From assembly GCA_000092065.1 (NCBI GenBank), contig CP000595.1: a stretch of 64,000 nucleotides of DNA; one strand, 5' to 3'. The DNA comes from Ostreococcus lucimarinus. Its lineage: Eukaryota. The notes under the pieces are model-generated. The model saw only the letters and a list, made by a program, of their open reading frames with translations, had not been told where the DNA came from and did not search any database. Positions within the stretch are counted from its first letter, which is position 1. Every line of letters begins with the position of its first letter. Shown here one piece after another: positions 1 to 8,799 of this stretch. Both the position numbers and the translations under genes were made by a program.

Positions 1-673
1 TTCGCAACTCCTCGACGAACGCGCGCAGACTAGGCCAAAACGGCCTGTCGTCGTGCGCGAAGATGAAAATCTTCGGCGCGTCGCCGACGTACGTTTCGCG
101 CAAAAACCACGCCATCGCGTCCACTTCGCGCGCTTGTGAATTCGGCATCTCCGCGCACATCCACGTCATCGCCCTCAAATCGTCGGTGAGCGCGTCGCAC
201 GCGCTCTCCGGCGTCTTCGCCGCGAAGACCAATCCGAGCGTCGTCGCCGCCAAACCGTCGAATCGTTTCGTCAAGTGCGCCACCGAGTTCCCGCAGCACC
301 ACGTCACGACGTACGCCACCTCGGGCACGACATCGCTTCGCCACGCGCCACTCACCGCGCCCCGCGCGAGATCCGCGGACGCCTCCGCGCGCGTCGCCGT
401 CGTCGCGTTCGCCGCCGCCGACCCCAAATCCAAATCCGCCTCCACCGTCTCCACCGTCTCCACCGCCGACCCCTCCACCGCCGCGCGCGACGCCTCGCCC
501 ACCTCTCCCGTCCCTCCCGACCTCACCGCGCGCGTCGCGATGCCTCGCGTCGCTCGCGCGTCGTCGAGCGCGCGTCGCGTCGACGCCCGCGCCGCGCCCC
601 GCCCCCTTCCCGCGCCGTCGCGCGCCGTCGTCCACGTCGTCGCCATCGTCGCGATCGCCGCGATCGCCAGCAT
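1..673 (-). CDS. Hypothetical protein. The 5' part lies in the window and the 3' end runs off the window start. The N-terminus is low complexity (DADADA, from a GGCGTC repeat). ATG candidates are at 673 and 646.
   Basis: An open minus-strand frame runs unbroken from 1 to beyond 1020. The protein-like stretch reads ...VVPEVAYVVTWCCGNSVAHLTKRFDGLAATTLGLVFAAKTPESACDALTDDLRAMTWMCAEMPNSQAREVDAMAWFLRETYVGDAPKIFIFAHDDRPFWPSLRAFVEEL. No family was recognised. It is absent from the ORF track because it has no stop inside the window. Confidence 0.35.
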   Translation of the reverse strand, partial: MLAIAAIATMATTWTTARDGAGRGRGAARASTRRALDDARATRGIATRAVRSGGTGEVGEASRAAVEGSAVETVETVEADLDLGSAAANATTATRAEASADLARGAVSGAWRSDVVPEVAYVVTWCCGNSVAHLTKRFDGLAATTLGLVFAAKTPESACDALTDDLRAMTWMCAEMPNSQAREVDAMAWFLRETYVGDAPKIFIFAHDDRPFWPSLRAFVEELR

Positions 674-756
674 CGTCCGCGCCGTCTCGCGCCGTCGCGT
701 CGTCCGCCGCGGCGTCGCGGTCGTTCGCGCGTCCCGTCGACGCCGCGGCGAATCGC

Positions 757-757
757 C

Positions 758-791
<34 letters not shown>

Positions 792-795
792 TCGC
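757..795. repeat. Hexanucleotide microsatellite (GGCGTC) of about 6 copies. It lies inside the N-terminal coding region of the partial minus-strand gene and encodes (DA)n.
   Basis: Direct reading shows ggcgtcggcgtcggcgtcggcgtcggcgtc. Confidence 0.8.
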
Positions 796-1084
796 GGCGC
801 GTCGCGGCGTCGTCCCGCGCGACGCGCGTCGCGGCGCGCGCCATCGGCGCGCGCGTCGCGGCGACGCGCGTCGCGATGCGTCGCGCGCCGCGCGCGTCAA
901 AGATTAAAAGATTGAAAATCTGCGACCGCCGCGCGCGCGCGCGACCCGGCGTCGCGCGTACGGGCGTCTTTAAAAAAAAAGACGCACCGCGAACGCGCGA
1001 CCGGGCGAACGTACGAACGCGGGTCGTTCGAATCGACCCCGCGCGCGACGCGGCCGTCGCGCGCGCGCGCGCGCGTGCCGGCGT

Positions 1085-1270
1085 CGCGCGACCGACCGTT
1101 TTTTCGGCGCGCGACCGACCGTTTTTTTTTTATCCACGCGCGCATTCGTAAGAACGCTCGAATGAACGCCATGTGCGCGCGCGGCCACCGCGCGCGACCG
1201 ACCGTTTTTTTTTTTGAATCCACGCGCGTATTCGTAAGAACGCTCGAATGCACGCCATGTGCGCGCGCGG
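1085..1270. repeat. Tandem repeat of about 81 bp, roughly 2.3 copies. Each unit reads gcgcgaccgaccg-T(9-12)-atccacgcgcg(c/t)attcgtaagaacgctcgaatg(a/c)acgccatgtgcgcgcgcgg and contains a cattcg...cgaatg hairpin. It sits in the divergent intergenic region between the partial minus-strand gene and FtsHi.
   Basis: Two nearly identical units at about 1110-1183 and 1190-1270, plus a truncated copy at 1085-1107. The long T runs are unusual in this GC-rich sequence. Confidence 0.75.
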
Positions 1271-1271
1271 C

Positions 1272-1326
1272 AAAACCCGTAATCGATCGCGCGCGCGCGC
1301 CCACCGCGCGATCGATTACGGGTTTT
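1272..1326. repeat. Inverted repeat (hairpin). Arms of 19 bp, aaaacccgtaatcgatcgc / gcgatcgattacgggtttt, with a loop of about 17 nt.
   Basis: The reverse complement of the left arm equals the right arm exactly. Confidence 0.75.
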
Positions 1327-1419
1327 TATCGCGCGCCGCCCTAGGTCGCGACGATCGCGCGTGCGCCGCGCGCGACGCCGCGACGCGCGTCACGTCGCGT
1401 CGATCGGACGCGCGCGCGC

Positions 1420-4092
1420 GTGGCGTCGCGTCTGATCGTCCGATCGACCCGCGGCGACGCGATGGCGCTCGGCGCGCGCGCGACGACGCGGGATTTCGCG
1501 ACGGGCGCGACGCGCGTCGCGCGACGACGACGACGACGCGCGACGACGACGACGACGACGCGGGATGTCGCGACGCGGGCGCGCGGTGACGACGGTGACG
1601 CGCGACGCGTCGCGCGCGCGGCGGTCGGCGACGACGCGGCGCCGATGGCGAGCGAGGACGGGGCGACGGCGACGGGGTCGGCGAGACGCGCGCTGGGGCG
1701 AGCGCTGAGCGTCGACGACGACGACGCGCCGGGACGACCGTCGGCGCTGATGAAGACGCCGCGACCGACGGTGAAGCCGACGAAGGTGCCGCGGTGGTTG
1801 GCGCCGCTGGTGGATCAGTATTTCGTCGATCACAAGGCGCAGGCGAGGGCGCTGCGAGAGGGTCGGAGGTGGGACGGCGAGGCGGAGGATAGGGAGTACG
1901 CGGCGGCGTTTAAACTGTTCAAGACGGACGAAAGCGAGCGACCGGTGGAGATGACGTATCTGTTGGAGGATTACCCGAAGTTGTTGAAGCGGATGGGGAA
2001 GATGCGCAAGGCGCGACGGGCGAGTCGGGCGCAGCGGGAGGACACGTACCCGGATCCCGACACGAAGACTGTGAAATTCGGGTACCAGCGAATCGCGGAG
2101 AAGATGGGCGTGTACCCGCGCATCGATGGCGAGGCGACGTACGCGCAGTTTTTGGAGTACCTCGAACGACGCGAGGTGACGCGGGTGTTGCTCTACGAAG
2201 AGGGGAACATGGCCATCGCGGAGATGGGCGGTCCGGCGACGCACTTGGATCCGAACGTCGACGTCATTCGGTGGAAGGTGCAAATCCCGGGCGACGCGCA
2301 CGATGAGGTGACGCGGGCGTGTCTGAAAGCGTTTTACACGAAACCACACAACCCGGAAGATTTGTTCACTCCGGCGCAAACGCCGTGCCACCTGTTCATG
2401 AACATCAAGCCTTGGAACGTGGGCGTGCACGGCGCGCGCAACTGGCTCATGGCGTCGACGTTTTTCTACCTCGCGGGTACCGTGTGCAAGGGGGTGATTC
2501 AGGCGGACAAGGATCCCGAGGTCAAAAAGCGACGCGCGTTGAGGCAAAAGATGAAGAACGAGCGCGCGGCGCTCGCGGGGCAGATGGGAAAATCCAAGGC
2601 GAAGCTGGTGAAGAAGAACCAATCCAAGGTGCGCTTCAAAGACGTCGCCGGTCAAGACATGGTGGTGAACGAATTCCAGACCATCATCGACGTCATGAAG
2701 GGCAATCCGAAATACAAGGGGCGTTACGTCGAGCCGCCGAAAGGGATCTTGTTGGAAGGACCGCCCGGCACGGGGAAGACGCTCTTGGCGAAAGCCGTCG
2801 CCGGCGAAGCCGGGTTGCCATTTTTTTACGCCAACGGTTCCGAGTTTGTGGAGATGTTCGTCGGCGTCGCCGCGAGTCGCATGCGCAACCTGTTCAAGCG
2901 CGCGCGTGAAAACGCGCCGTCGATCATTTTCATCGACGAGCTCGACACCATCGGTCGCGCTCGCAACGCTGGCGAACAGCGCGACTCGTCGACGTCTGAG
3001 CGCGAGCAAGGGTTGATGCAAATGTTAGTCGAGATGGATGGTTTCGACAACAAGGAGTCCGGTTGTGAGATCTTGGTCATCGGTGCGACAAACTTGGCGA
3101 CGCAACTCGATCCAGCGCTGCTGCGTTCGGGGAGATTCGATCGCACCTATCACATCGGCGTGCCGCCGACGTCCGAGGCTCGCATGCCGATTTTGCAAGT
3201 GCACGCTCGCAACTTAAACATCGACCGCGGAGGTGACGACAAGTACGAGAGCGATGCCTTCTTACATCGCGTTGCCGATCTCACCACCGGCTTCTCCGGC
3301 GCCGAGCTCGCGAACGTGCTCAACGAAGCCGCCATCTTGAGCGTTCGCGAAGGCAAGGACTCCATCGATATCAACGACATAGAAGCCGTTTTGGAAAAGC
3401 AAGCCGTCGGTCTCATCAGCGCTCCGCTGGACGATGGTTGGGGGAAAGAGCACTTGGCCATCATCGAAGCGGCCAAGGCTGTGATTTATTCCGCTCGCCC
3501 CGAGCTCGGCCCGGAGCTGCTGCAAGTCTCCATTCGCCCTCGAGGAACGCAAATGTCTGGCCTCATCTTGACGGAGCGCTCGAGCGAAGCCGAAGCCGAG
3601 ATTCGCACCAGGATAGGTCCGGACACGCTGGGTTTGTACATCGACGCTCTCGCCGTGACGTTGACTGGTCGATGCGCAGAGTTGCACTTTTTCGGTCCCG
3701 ACGGTGTGTCCATTCGAACGAATGAAGAAGTTTCCGCGGCGGCGGAGATGGCGTTCGACATCGTCACCACGTCGGGTCTGTACCCGGATAGCAAGTTTGC
3801 GCCGCACTTCGATATGGCCATGGTTCACCAGCTCAGAATTCCTCGAGAAAATATGGAAAAAGGCACGCTCGATGTCATCCTTCGCGCGCACACCAAGGGC
3901 ATGGAACTCATTAAGGAGTATGCGCCGCTCATCGAACGCGTCGCGAACGAGCTCATGGAGAACGAACGCTTGTACGGCTCCACGGTTCGCGCAATGGTGA
4001 AGAAATACCAGCAAGAAGAACTAGGCGGCAACTTTACGCGCACGCCGTCGTTCTACGAAAGGGCGGCGATGAATAGCGCATCCAGCAATTAG
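1420..4092 (+). CDS. FtsH-like AAA+ ATPase lacking the zinc-protease HEXXH motif (FtsHi-type, plastid import-motor / Ycf2-associated family). It has an N-terminal Arg/Thr-rich presequence.
   Basis: Walker A GPPGTGKT and Walker B IIFIDELD are present, as is the second region of homology ATNLATQLDPALLRSGRFDR. The position of the FtsH HEAGHA site instead reads KEHLAIIEAAKA, so the catalytic His-Glu are lost. Confidence 0.85.
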   Translation: MASRLIVRSTRGDAMALGARATTRDFATGATRVARRRRRRATTTTTTRDVATRARGDDGDARRVARAAVGDDAAPMASEDGATATGSARRALGRALSVDDDDAPGRPSALMKTPRPTVKPTKVPRWLAPLVDQYFVDHKAQARALREGRRWDGEAEDREYAAAFKLFKTDESERPVEMTYLLEDYPKLLKRMGKMRKARRASRAQREDTYPDPDTKTVKFGYQRIAEKMGVYPRIDGEATYAQFLEYLERREVTRVLLYEEGNMAIAEMGGPATHLDPNVDVIRWKVQIPGDAHDEVTRACLKAFYTKPHNPEDLFTPAQTPCHLFMNIKPWNVGVHGARNWLMASTFFYLAGTVCKGVIQADKDPEVKKRRALRQKMKNERAALAGQMGKSKAKLVKKNQSKVRFKDVAGQDMVVNEFQTIIDVMKGNPKYKGRYVEPPKGILLEGPPGTGKTLLAKAVAGEAGLPFFYANGSEFVEMFVGVAASRMRNLFKRARENAPSIIFIDELDTIGRARNAGEQRDSSTSEREQGLMQMLVEMDGFDNKESGCEILVIGATNLATQLDPALLRSGRFDRTYHIGVPPTSEARMPILQVHARNLNIDRGGDDKYESDAFLHRVADLTTGFSGAELANVLNEAAILSVREGKDSIDINDIEAVLEKQAVGLISAPLDDGWGKEHLAIIEAAKAVIYSARPELGPELLQVSIRPRGTQMSGLILTERSSEAEAEIRTRIGPDTLGLYIDALAVTLTGRCAELHFFGPDGVSIRTNEEVSAAAEMAFDIVTTSGLYPDSKFAPHFDMAMVHQLRIPRENMEKGTLDVILRAHTKGMELIKEYAPLIERVANELMENERLYGSTVRAMVKKYQQEELGGNFTRTPSFYERAAMNSASSN

Positions 4093-4162
4093 ACACTAGC
4101 CTACGAATTAATACCAGTTCTACAACAATGATTTGCTATTTTCTAAAAGCAAAGCTTTTCTT

Positions 4163-7100
4163 CTACGCGGCGCCCCTCGTGTTGCGACGCACTTCGACGT
4201 AGTGCTCGACGGCGTAAGACACACAGTTTGGACACGCGACCGCGCACTTTTGCAATTTATAGTCGCTTTCGAGTAACATGGACGACAGGGGTAAATCCAG
4301 AATCTTCAATCTCGCCTTTGCGTCGTTGACTTCGCGCTGCAACTCTTCAGAGCCGTAGCGGTGTCCGCACGTGAATGCCCAGCACTGCGCACCGTCGACT
4401 GAAGTCAGAGAGTCCAGTTCCATCGCGTCGAAAGCTCGCGTTTGAACAAACTCGGGGGAATCCAGGCGAGATGCTAGATCTTGCTTGATTTTCAACCAAA
4501 CGCTTTCGATTGTAGCGCCATCCTTCGAAGAATACTTTGACTCGTCCTCGGCTACTCGTTTCGTCGCGACGGCGAGAATGAATTGACCGCTGAATTGAAA
4601 TCCGAGATCACTTTGCAGTACAACTTGCATAGCCTCTGCGTGACCTTGAGAGACGAGTACGTCAAGAAACAAACGTTCGAGTTCGTCGATAGGCAATCCA
4701 TTCCTTTGCCAGCATCGTGCTACGTCTTCGATTGATTTCACTTGCGCGCGCGTGTCGACCACCCGCGCGACGTACGTCTCGACGCCCAGCTCGAGCTCAG
4801 CCTGTAAGGTTGACGGCGACGTCTCGCCCACAGCGGCGAGCTTTTGAACAGCGGCCACGTGGCACATAGCGGCGGTGGCAAAGTCTTCCATCTGTGACGC
4901 TGCCAACTCGGTGATGCGAAACTTTCGCTTGTCCAGACACTTGGACGCGATCCAACCAAACAACTTTGGATCGTCTTCCAACATGACTTCGATGCGCTCG
5001 GCAAGAGCGTTTTCGTCGTCCAAGTACAAAAGTATCGTTAGCTCGATTTCAGCTGCACCGGTGACGCCAAGATTTTTCGCCTCGCGCGCCATATCCGCGA
5101 GCGAGCGCAGCTCATCTCTCGTCAACATGTCGTACACAAGTTCCAAGGGCGACGCCTCGCACGTGTCCGTCGTGTCGCTGTCCAAACCGAGCACATGAAC
5201 GATGTCGTACAGATTTTCCATCGTCTGCGTAGCGATGACGTAGTACGTGACATTCGGATCCCAAAACACGAGTGGTTTGGACTCCCAAGTACGCACGGTG
5301 CCGCCGCTGTGCTCGGCTGCTTGCGTCATCAAATTCGCTGTGACGCCACCGAGCATGTGCAAGCTCTCAACGGTGGATGATGAGGACAACAGCATGGTGA
5401 ATAACGTTTTGATTCGATCTGAGTACTCGTTCGCCGCACACGACGAGATCACGGATGTGCTCACCGCGTTCGCAGCCTCGAACGCGACGACGGCGGCGCT
5501 CGCCGAGCACGCCACGTCGCGCTGCACGCCCGCGTCTTTGGTGGCTTCGATACCTTCACCGATGACGCGCAAAAGATCCTTCACCGCTTGTTCAGGGGAG
5601 CGTTCTTCTTTCAGGTTCAACTTTTGGAGCTTCGCTTGAATCGATTCTCCCAAATCGTGCGCGGCGGCGTTGTACGCGACTGCGTTCGACGCTTCGCACC
5701 ACGCGTGCAAATGCGCGTGCGCGGCGGCGGCCGTCTTCAACCACGAAAGGTTCGCCTGTCCTCCGTACGCCTCGACTGATTTTCCGTGGAAGTTCGTCAG
5801 TGCTTGCGACGCCTCCCACGCCTCTAAGCTCAGCGAGATGAAATCTTTGAGTGGCTTTCCAGTCTTCCCGAATAAATCGCGCGCTCGAGAGAAATTTTGT
5901 CGCTTGAGCTCCTGGCGCGCAGCCTCGACGAACACGGGCATGTGATCCTCGTCCAAGACGTGCGCGACGAGTTTTAAGCGTTCGTCTTGGTCGAGATCTA
6001 CGCTTAAAGCGTTGTCACCGAACTCGTCGCGTTCGATCGGCGCCCACGCGTCGCGGCGGGTCGAGGCAACGACCGCGTTCGGCGACATGAACGATCGCAG
6101 CGTAGACGCGATGTCGACTTTTGACTTAATTTCGTACACCCCGTACGATGTCCACAACATGCATCCGCACAGCGTCTCTCGTCTTCGCACGTACGTTTCC
6201 GGGAGCTCAGCCGCGAGGAACTTTTTTGGCACGCCCGCGGAGCGCGGCACGTGAAACGTCTGCAGCGTAAACGACTTGGAACCGTCGGTCCCGAATCTTC
6301 GCGCCAACACGTGCACGGACGCGGTGAATGAGGTTAAGTCTGCGAGATCTTCCTCACCGAAAACCGGTTCGCGCACCAAGGCGAATATTAAATCTTCAGT
6401 CACGTGCACGGCGACGGTGTGATTCGGCAACGCGTGCGTGGATTTTGGCTCGGTGGCGCGATCCACGTCGTACAACTCCAACGTACGGCGATCGATCAAC
6501 GCAGCGATGAGCGAATATCCATCGCTCTCGCCGGTCTCTTGCACGCTCAGCGTCACCTGCCGCCCCTCGCGAACGCCGTACTCATCCTTGAGCAGGTGCG
6601 CGGCGAATCCGTGCGAACCCGCGGCGTCCGGTAACGATTCAGCCTTGGTCGTCGTCTCCACCTTGCCTTTTTCGCTCGTCGACGTCTTCACCACGCGCGA
6701 CATTTTCTCCAGCATCAACGTCCAAACTTCGCCCTGAACACCGTTGATGACGAGAAATTGCTTCGTCGCGCCGCGCGCGAGCTCCGCGCTCGCGCACTTG
6801 GCGCCGACGACGCACGCGCCCAGAGGCGACCCCTCCTTCACGTCCCACGCCCGCACCTCCCCGTCCACGCCGACGCATATCCCCACCACCGGATCCTCGC
6901 GCTCGGGTTCGAGCGCGCGATACCACCACAGCGCGCTCGCCGGCTTCGGCCCTCTCGACGCCAACACCCGCATCGCCGGCGACGCCTCCGCGTCACGCGT
7001 CAACTCCAAAATCGGCACCACGTACACCCCTCCCGCGCTCGTGCAGCACAACAAGCTTTCCCCATCGCGCGAGTGCGCCATCGCGTGGATCCTCGCGCGC

Positions 7101-7588
7101 GATCCCTCGTACCACGGCGCCAACCGTTTCGTCGCGCGTCGTCTCGCCGCGATAAAATTTTCCACCTTGGCCGCTCGCGCGCTCCCGCTCGCGCCGAATC
7201 CGCTCACCGAGCACGCCAACGCGCGTCCTCGCGCGTCCGCGTCGCCCTCCTCGCCGCGCGCGCGTCCTCGCGCGCTCGACGCCGCGATGAATTCCATCGC
7301 CCCGTCGTCGAATTCTTCCCTCGCCGCCGCCTCCGCGCCCGCGCTCGCGCCGCCGTCCGTCTGCGCGTACCCGAACATGGCGCTGATGCTGAACGACCGC
7401 TCGACCGCGCCGTCGGGCGGTCGCGCGCGCGCCCGGCGCCGTCGGTCGACGCCGAGCGCGTCATCGACGACGAAGATTTCGCACTCCAATCGCGCGTCCG
7501 CCTCCGTCGACGCCCCGGACGCGTCGCGCGCGTCGCGAGCGCGCGCGTCGCGACGCTCGGCGCGCGTCTCGCGCGCGTCGGCGTCCAT
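4163..7588 (-). CDS. Large protein of 1141 aa with WD40/beta-propeller-like N-terminal regions and a C-terminal Cys/His zinc-finger-like motif. It may be an IFT-A or HOPS/CORVET-type coat protein; that assignment is uncertain.
   Basis: Long single ORF. WD-like segments include VRAWDVKEGSP. The C-terminus reads CWAFTCGHRY...CAVACPNC, a C-x4-C-x-H ... C-x3-C-x2-C pattern. Confidence 0.5.
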   Translation of the reverse strand: MDADARETRAERRDARARDARDASGASTEADARLECEIFVVDDALGVDRRRRARARPPDGAVERSFSISAMFGYAQTDGGASAGAEAAAREEFDDGAMEFIAASSARGRARGEEGDADARGRALACSVSGFGASGSARAAKVENFIAARRRATKRLAPWYEGSRARIHAMAHSRDGESLLCCTSAGGVYVVPILELTRDAEASPAMRVLASRGPKPASALWWYRALEPEREDPVVGICVGVDGEVRAWDVKEGSPLGACVVGAKCASAELARGATKQFLVINGVQGEVWTLMLEKMSRVVKTSTSEKGKVETTTKAESLPDAAGSHGFAAHLLKDEYGVREGRQVTLSVQETGESDGYSLIAALIDRRTLELYDVDRATEPKSTHALPNHTVAVHVTEDLIFALVREPVFGEEDLADLTSFTASVHVLARRFGTDGSKSFTLQTFHVPRSAGVPKKFLAAELPETYVRRRETLCGCMLWTSYGVYEIKSKVDIASTLRSFMSPNAVVASTRRDAWAPIERDEFGDNALSVDLDQDERLKLVAHVLDEDHMPVFVEAARQELKRQNFSRARDLFGKTGKPLKDFISLSLEAWEASQALTNFHGKSVEAYGGQANLSWLKTAAAAHAHLHAWCEASNAVAYNAAAHDLGESIQAKLQKLNLKEERSPEQAVKDLLRVIGEGIEATKDAGVQRDVACSASAAVVAFEAANAVSTSVISSCAANEYSDRIKTLFTMLLSSSSTVESLHMLGGVTANLMTQAAEHSGGTVRTWESKPLVFWDPNVTYYVIATQTMENLYDIVHVLGLDSDTTDTCEASPLELVYDMLTRDELRSLADMAREAKNLGVTGAAEIELTILLYLDDENALAERIEVMLEDDPKLFGWIASKCLDKRKFRITELAASQMEDFATAAMCHVAAVQKLAAVGETSPSTLQAELELGVETYVARVVDTRAQVKSIEDVARCWQRNGLPIDELERLFLDVLVSQGHAEAMQVVLQSDLGFQFSGQFILAVATKRVAEDESKYSSKDGATIESVWLKIKQDLASRLDSPEFVQTRAFDAMELDSLTSVDGAQCWAFTCGHRYGSEELQREVNDAKARLKILDLPLSSMLLESDYKLQKCAVACPNCVSYAVEHYVEVRRNTRGAA

Positions 7589-7666
7589 GACGCGCGACGC
7601 CGCGCCGTCGCGGCGTCGAGTGCGGATTCACCGTTGGCGCGCGAATCCGCTTCACCGCACTTCGCG

Positions 7667-8710
7667 ATGCGCGACGCGCTCGATCGCCTCGCGTCGGACG
7701 CGCTGGTGGTTCTGAACGACCTCGGCGACGCGGTCGACGCGCCGAGCGCGTACGGGGACGCGCACGGGACGCGCTTGAGCGCCGCGGATGCGAATTTGTT
7801 GAAAAAGTTGTTTCGCGCGTTCGCCGCGCGCGACGGCGGGGCGCCGTGGCGACGCGCGAGCGACGCGGACGGCGCGCGCGTGTATCGCCGCGCGTCGGCG
7901 AGCGCGGCGTCGAGGGCGCACCAAGTGCTGGGGGTGACGGAGACGAGGGCGAGCGCGGATGAGGTGTTCGCGTTCTTTAGCGAGGCGAGCGCGTTCGACG
8001 AACACTTTAAGATTCTGGACGACATGTTCAAGGGAGGGGACGTGCTGAGCTATAGGTTGTACGACGACATGGTGAAGACGACGGGGGGCGAGGGCGGTGC
8101 GGTCGAGCGCGCGGGGGCGGGTGGAGGAGAGGGGGCGAAAACGCGACGGCGCGCGCGGGGACTTTGGAATCGAGGCGCGAATTTCGGCGAGTTGTTCGAG
8201 CGGTTGGAGAGATCGGCCAAGGCGAAGGCGCGAGACGCGAAGGCGCGAGGGACGGGGCGCGCGAGCGAGGGGAATCGGTCGGCGATGGAGACGATCGAGT
8301 CGGTGCCGCCGGAGCGGCCCGACGCGAGTAATCCGCTCGGATGTCGTCCGGGACACGCGATTTTGCGAGGGACGTTTAGGCTTCCGTCCATCATACGCGA
8401 CCGCGATTTCGTGTGGGAGCAATTGACGATGAAGATGCCGAACGGGGCCGTCGTCGTCGCCGCGCAATCGATCGAAAATGGCGTCGTCAACGCCGTGGCG
8501 CCGCCGCTCGAGGGACACGTGCGCGGTGCAATTCTCGTTTCGGGATACTACGCCGTGCCGAATCGGGAGACCGGTGGATCGACGTTGTTTTACGTCGTTC
8601 AGGCCGACCCGAAAGGCGTGCTCCCGATGTGGGTGGTGAACTTGGTGGCGCCGGATCAAGCGCAAAACGTCGCTCGACTTCGTAACCACCTCGACGGGCC
8701 GAAGAAGTGA
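7667..8710 (+). CDS. START (StAR-related lipid transfer) domain protein.
   Basis: The C-terminal half ...YAVPNRETGGSTLFYVVQADPKGVLPMWVVNLVAPDQAQN matches the START-domain C-terminal beta-sheet/helix signature. The start was moved to the in-frame ATG at 7667, because the ORF-track start at 6758 overlaps the minus-strand gene and codes junk. Confidence 0.6.
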   Translation: MRDALDRLASDALVVLNDLGDAVDAPSAYGDAHGTRLSAADANLLKKLFRAFAARDGGAPWRRASDADGARVYRRASASAASRAHQVLGVTETRASADEVFAFFSEASAFDEHFKILDDMFKGGDVLSYRLYDDMVKTTGGEGGAVERAGAGGGEGAKTRRRARGLWNRGANFGELFERLERSAKAKARDAKARGTGRASEGNRSAMETIESVPPERPDASNPLGCRPGHAILRGTFRLPSIIRDRDFVWEQLTMKMPNGAVVVAAQSIENGVVNAVAPPLEGHVRGAILVSGYYAVPNRETGGSTLFYVVQADPKGVLPMWVVNLVAPDQAQNVARLRNHLDGPKK

Positions 8711-8799
8711 ATAGATTATTTCGCGGCGGCTCGCGCGCGCGGGCTAGGAACGCGTAACAACAACGCCGCTAACGTTCTAATGTGTATCTCTAAGGTAAT

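Noticed and set aside
1021-1040. A tRNA T-arm-like hairpin, gggtcg-TTCGAAT-cgaccc.
   Set aside because: No cloverleaf can be built. The upstream 48 nt (an A-run, no acceptor complement) do not pair with the 3' flank. It is an isolated hairpin inside the promoter repeat region.
63-1151. Plus-strand ORF of 362 aa.
   Set aside because: It is an Ala/Arg/Ser-rich low-complexity translation running antisense to the real minus-strand gene and through the promoter repeats. This is the usual GC-frame artefact.
6758-7666. Five-prime part of the track ORF 6758..8710.
   Set aside because: It overlaps the large minus-strand gene and codes poly-Arg/Ala. The real START-domain gene most plausibly begins at ATG 7667.
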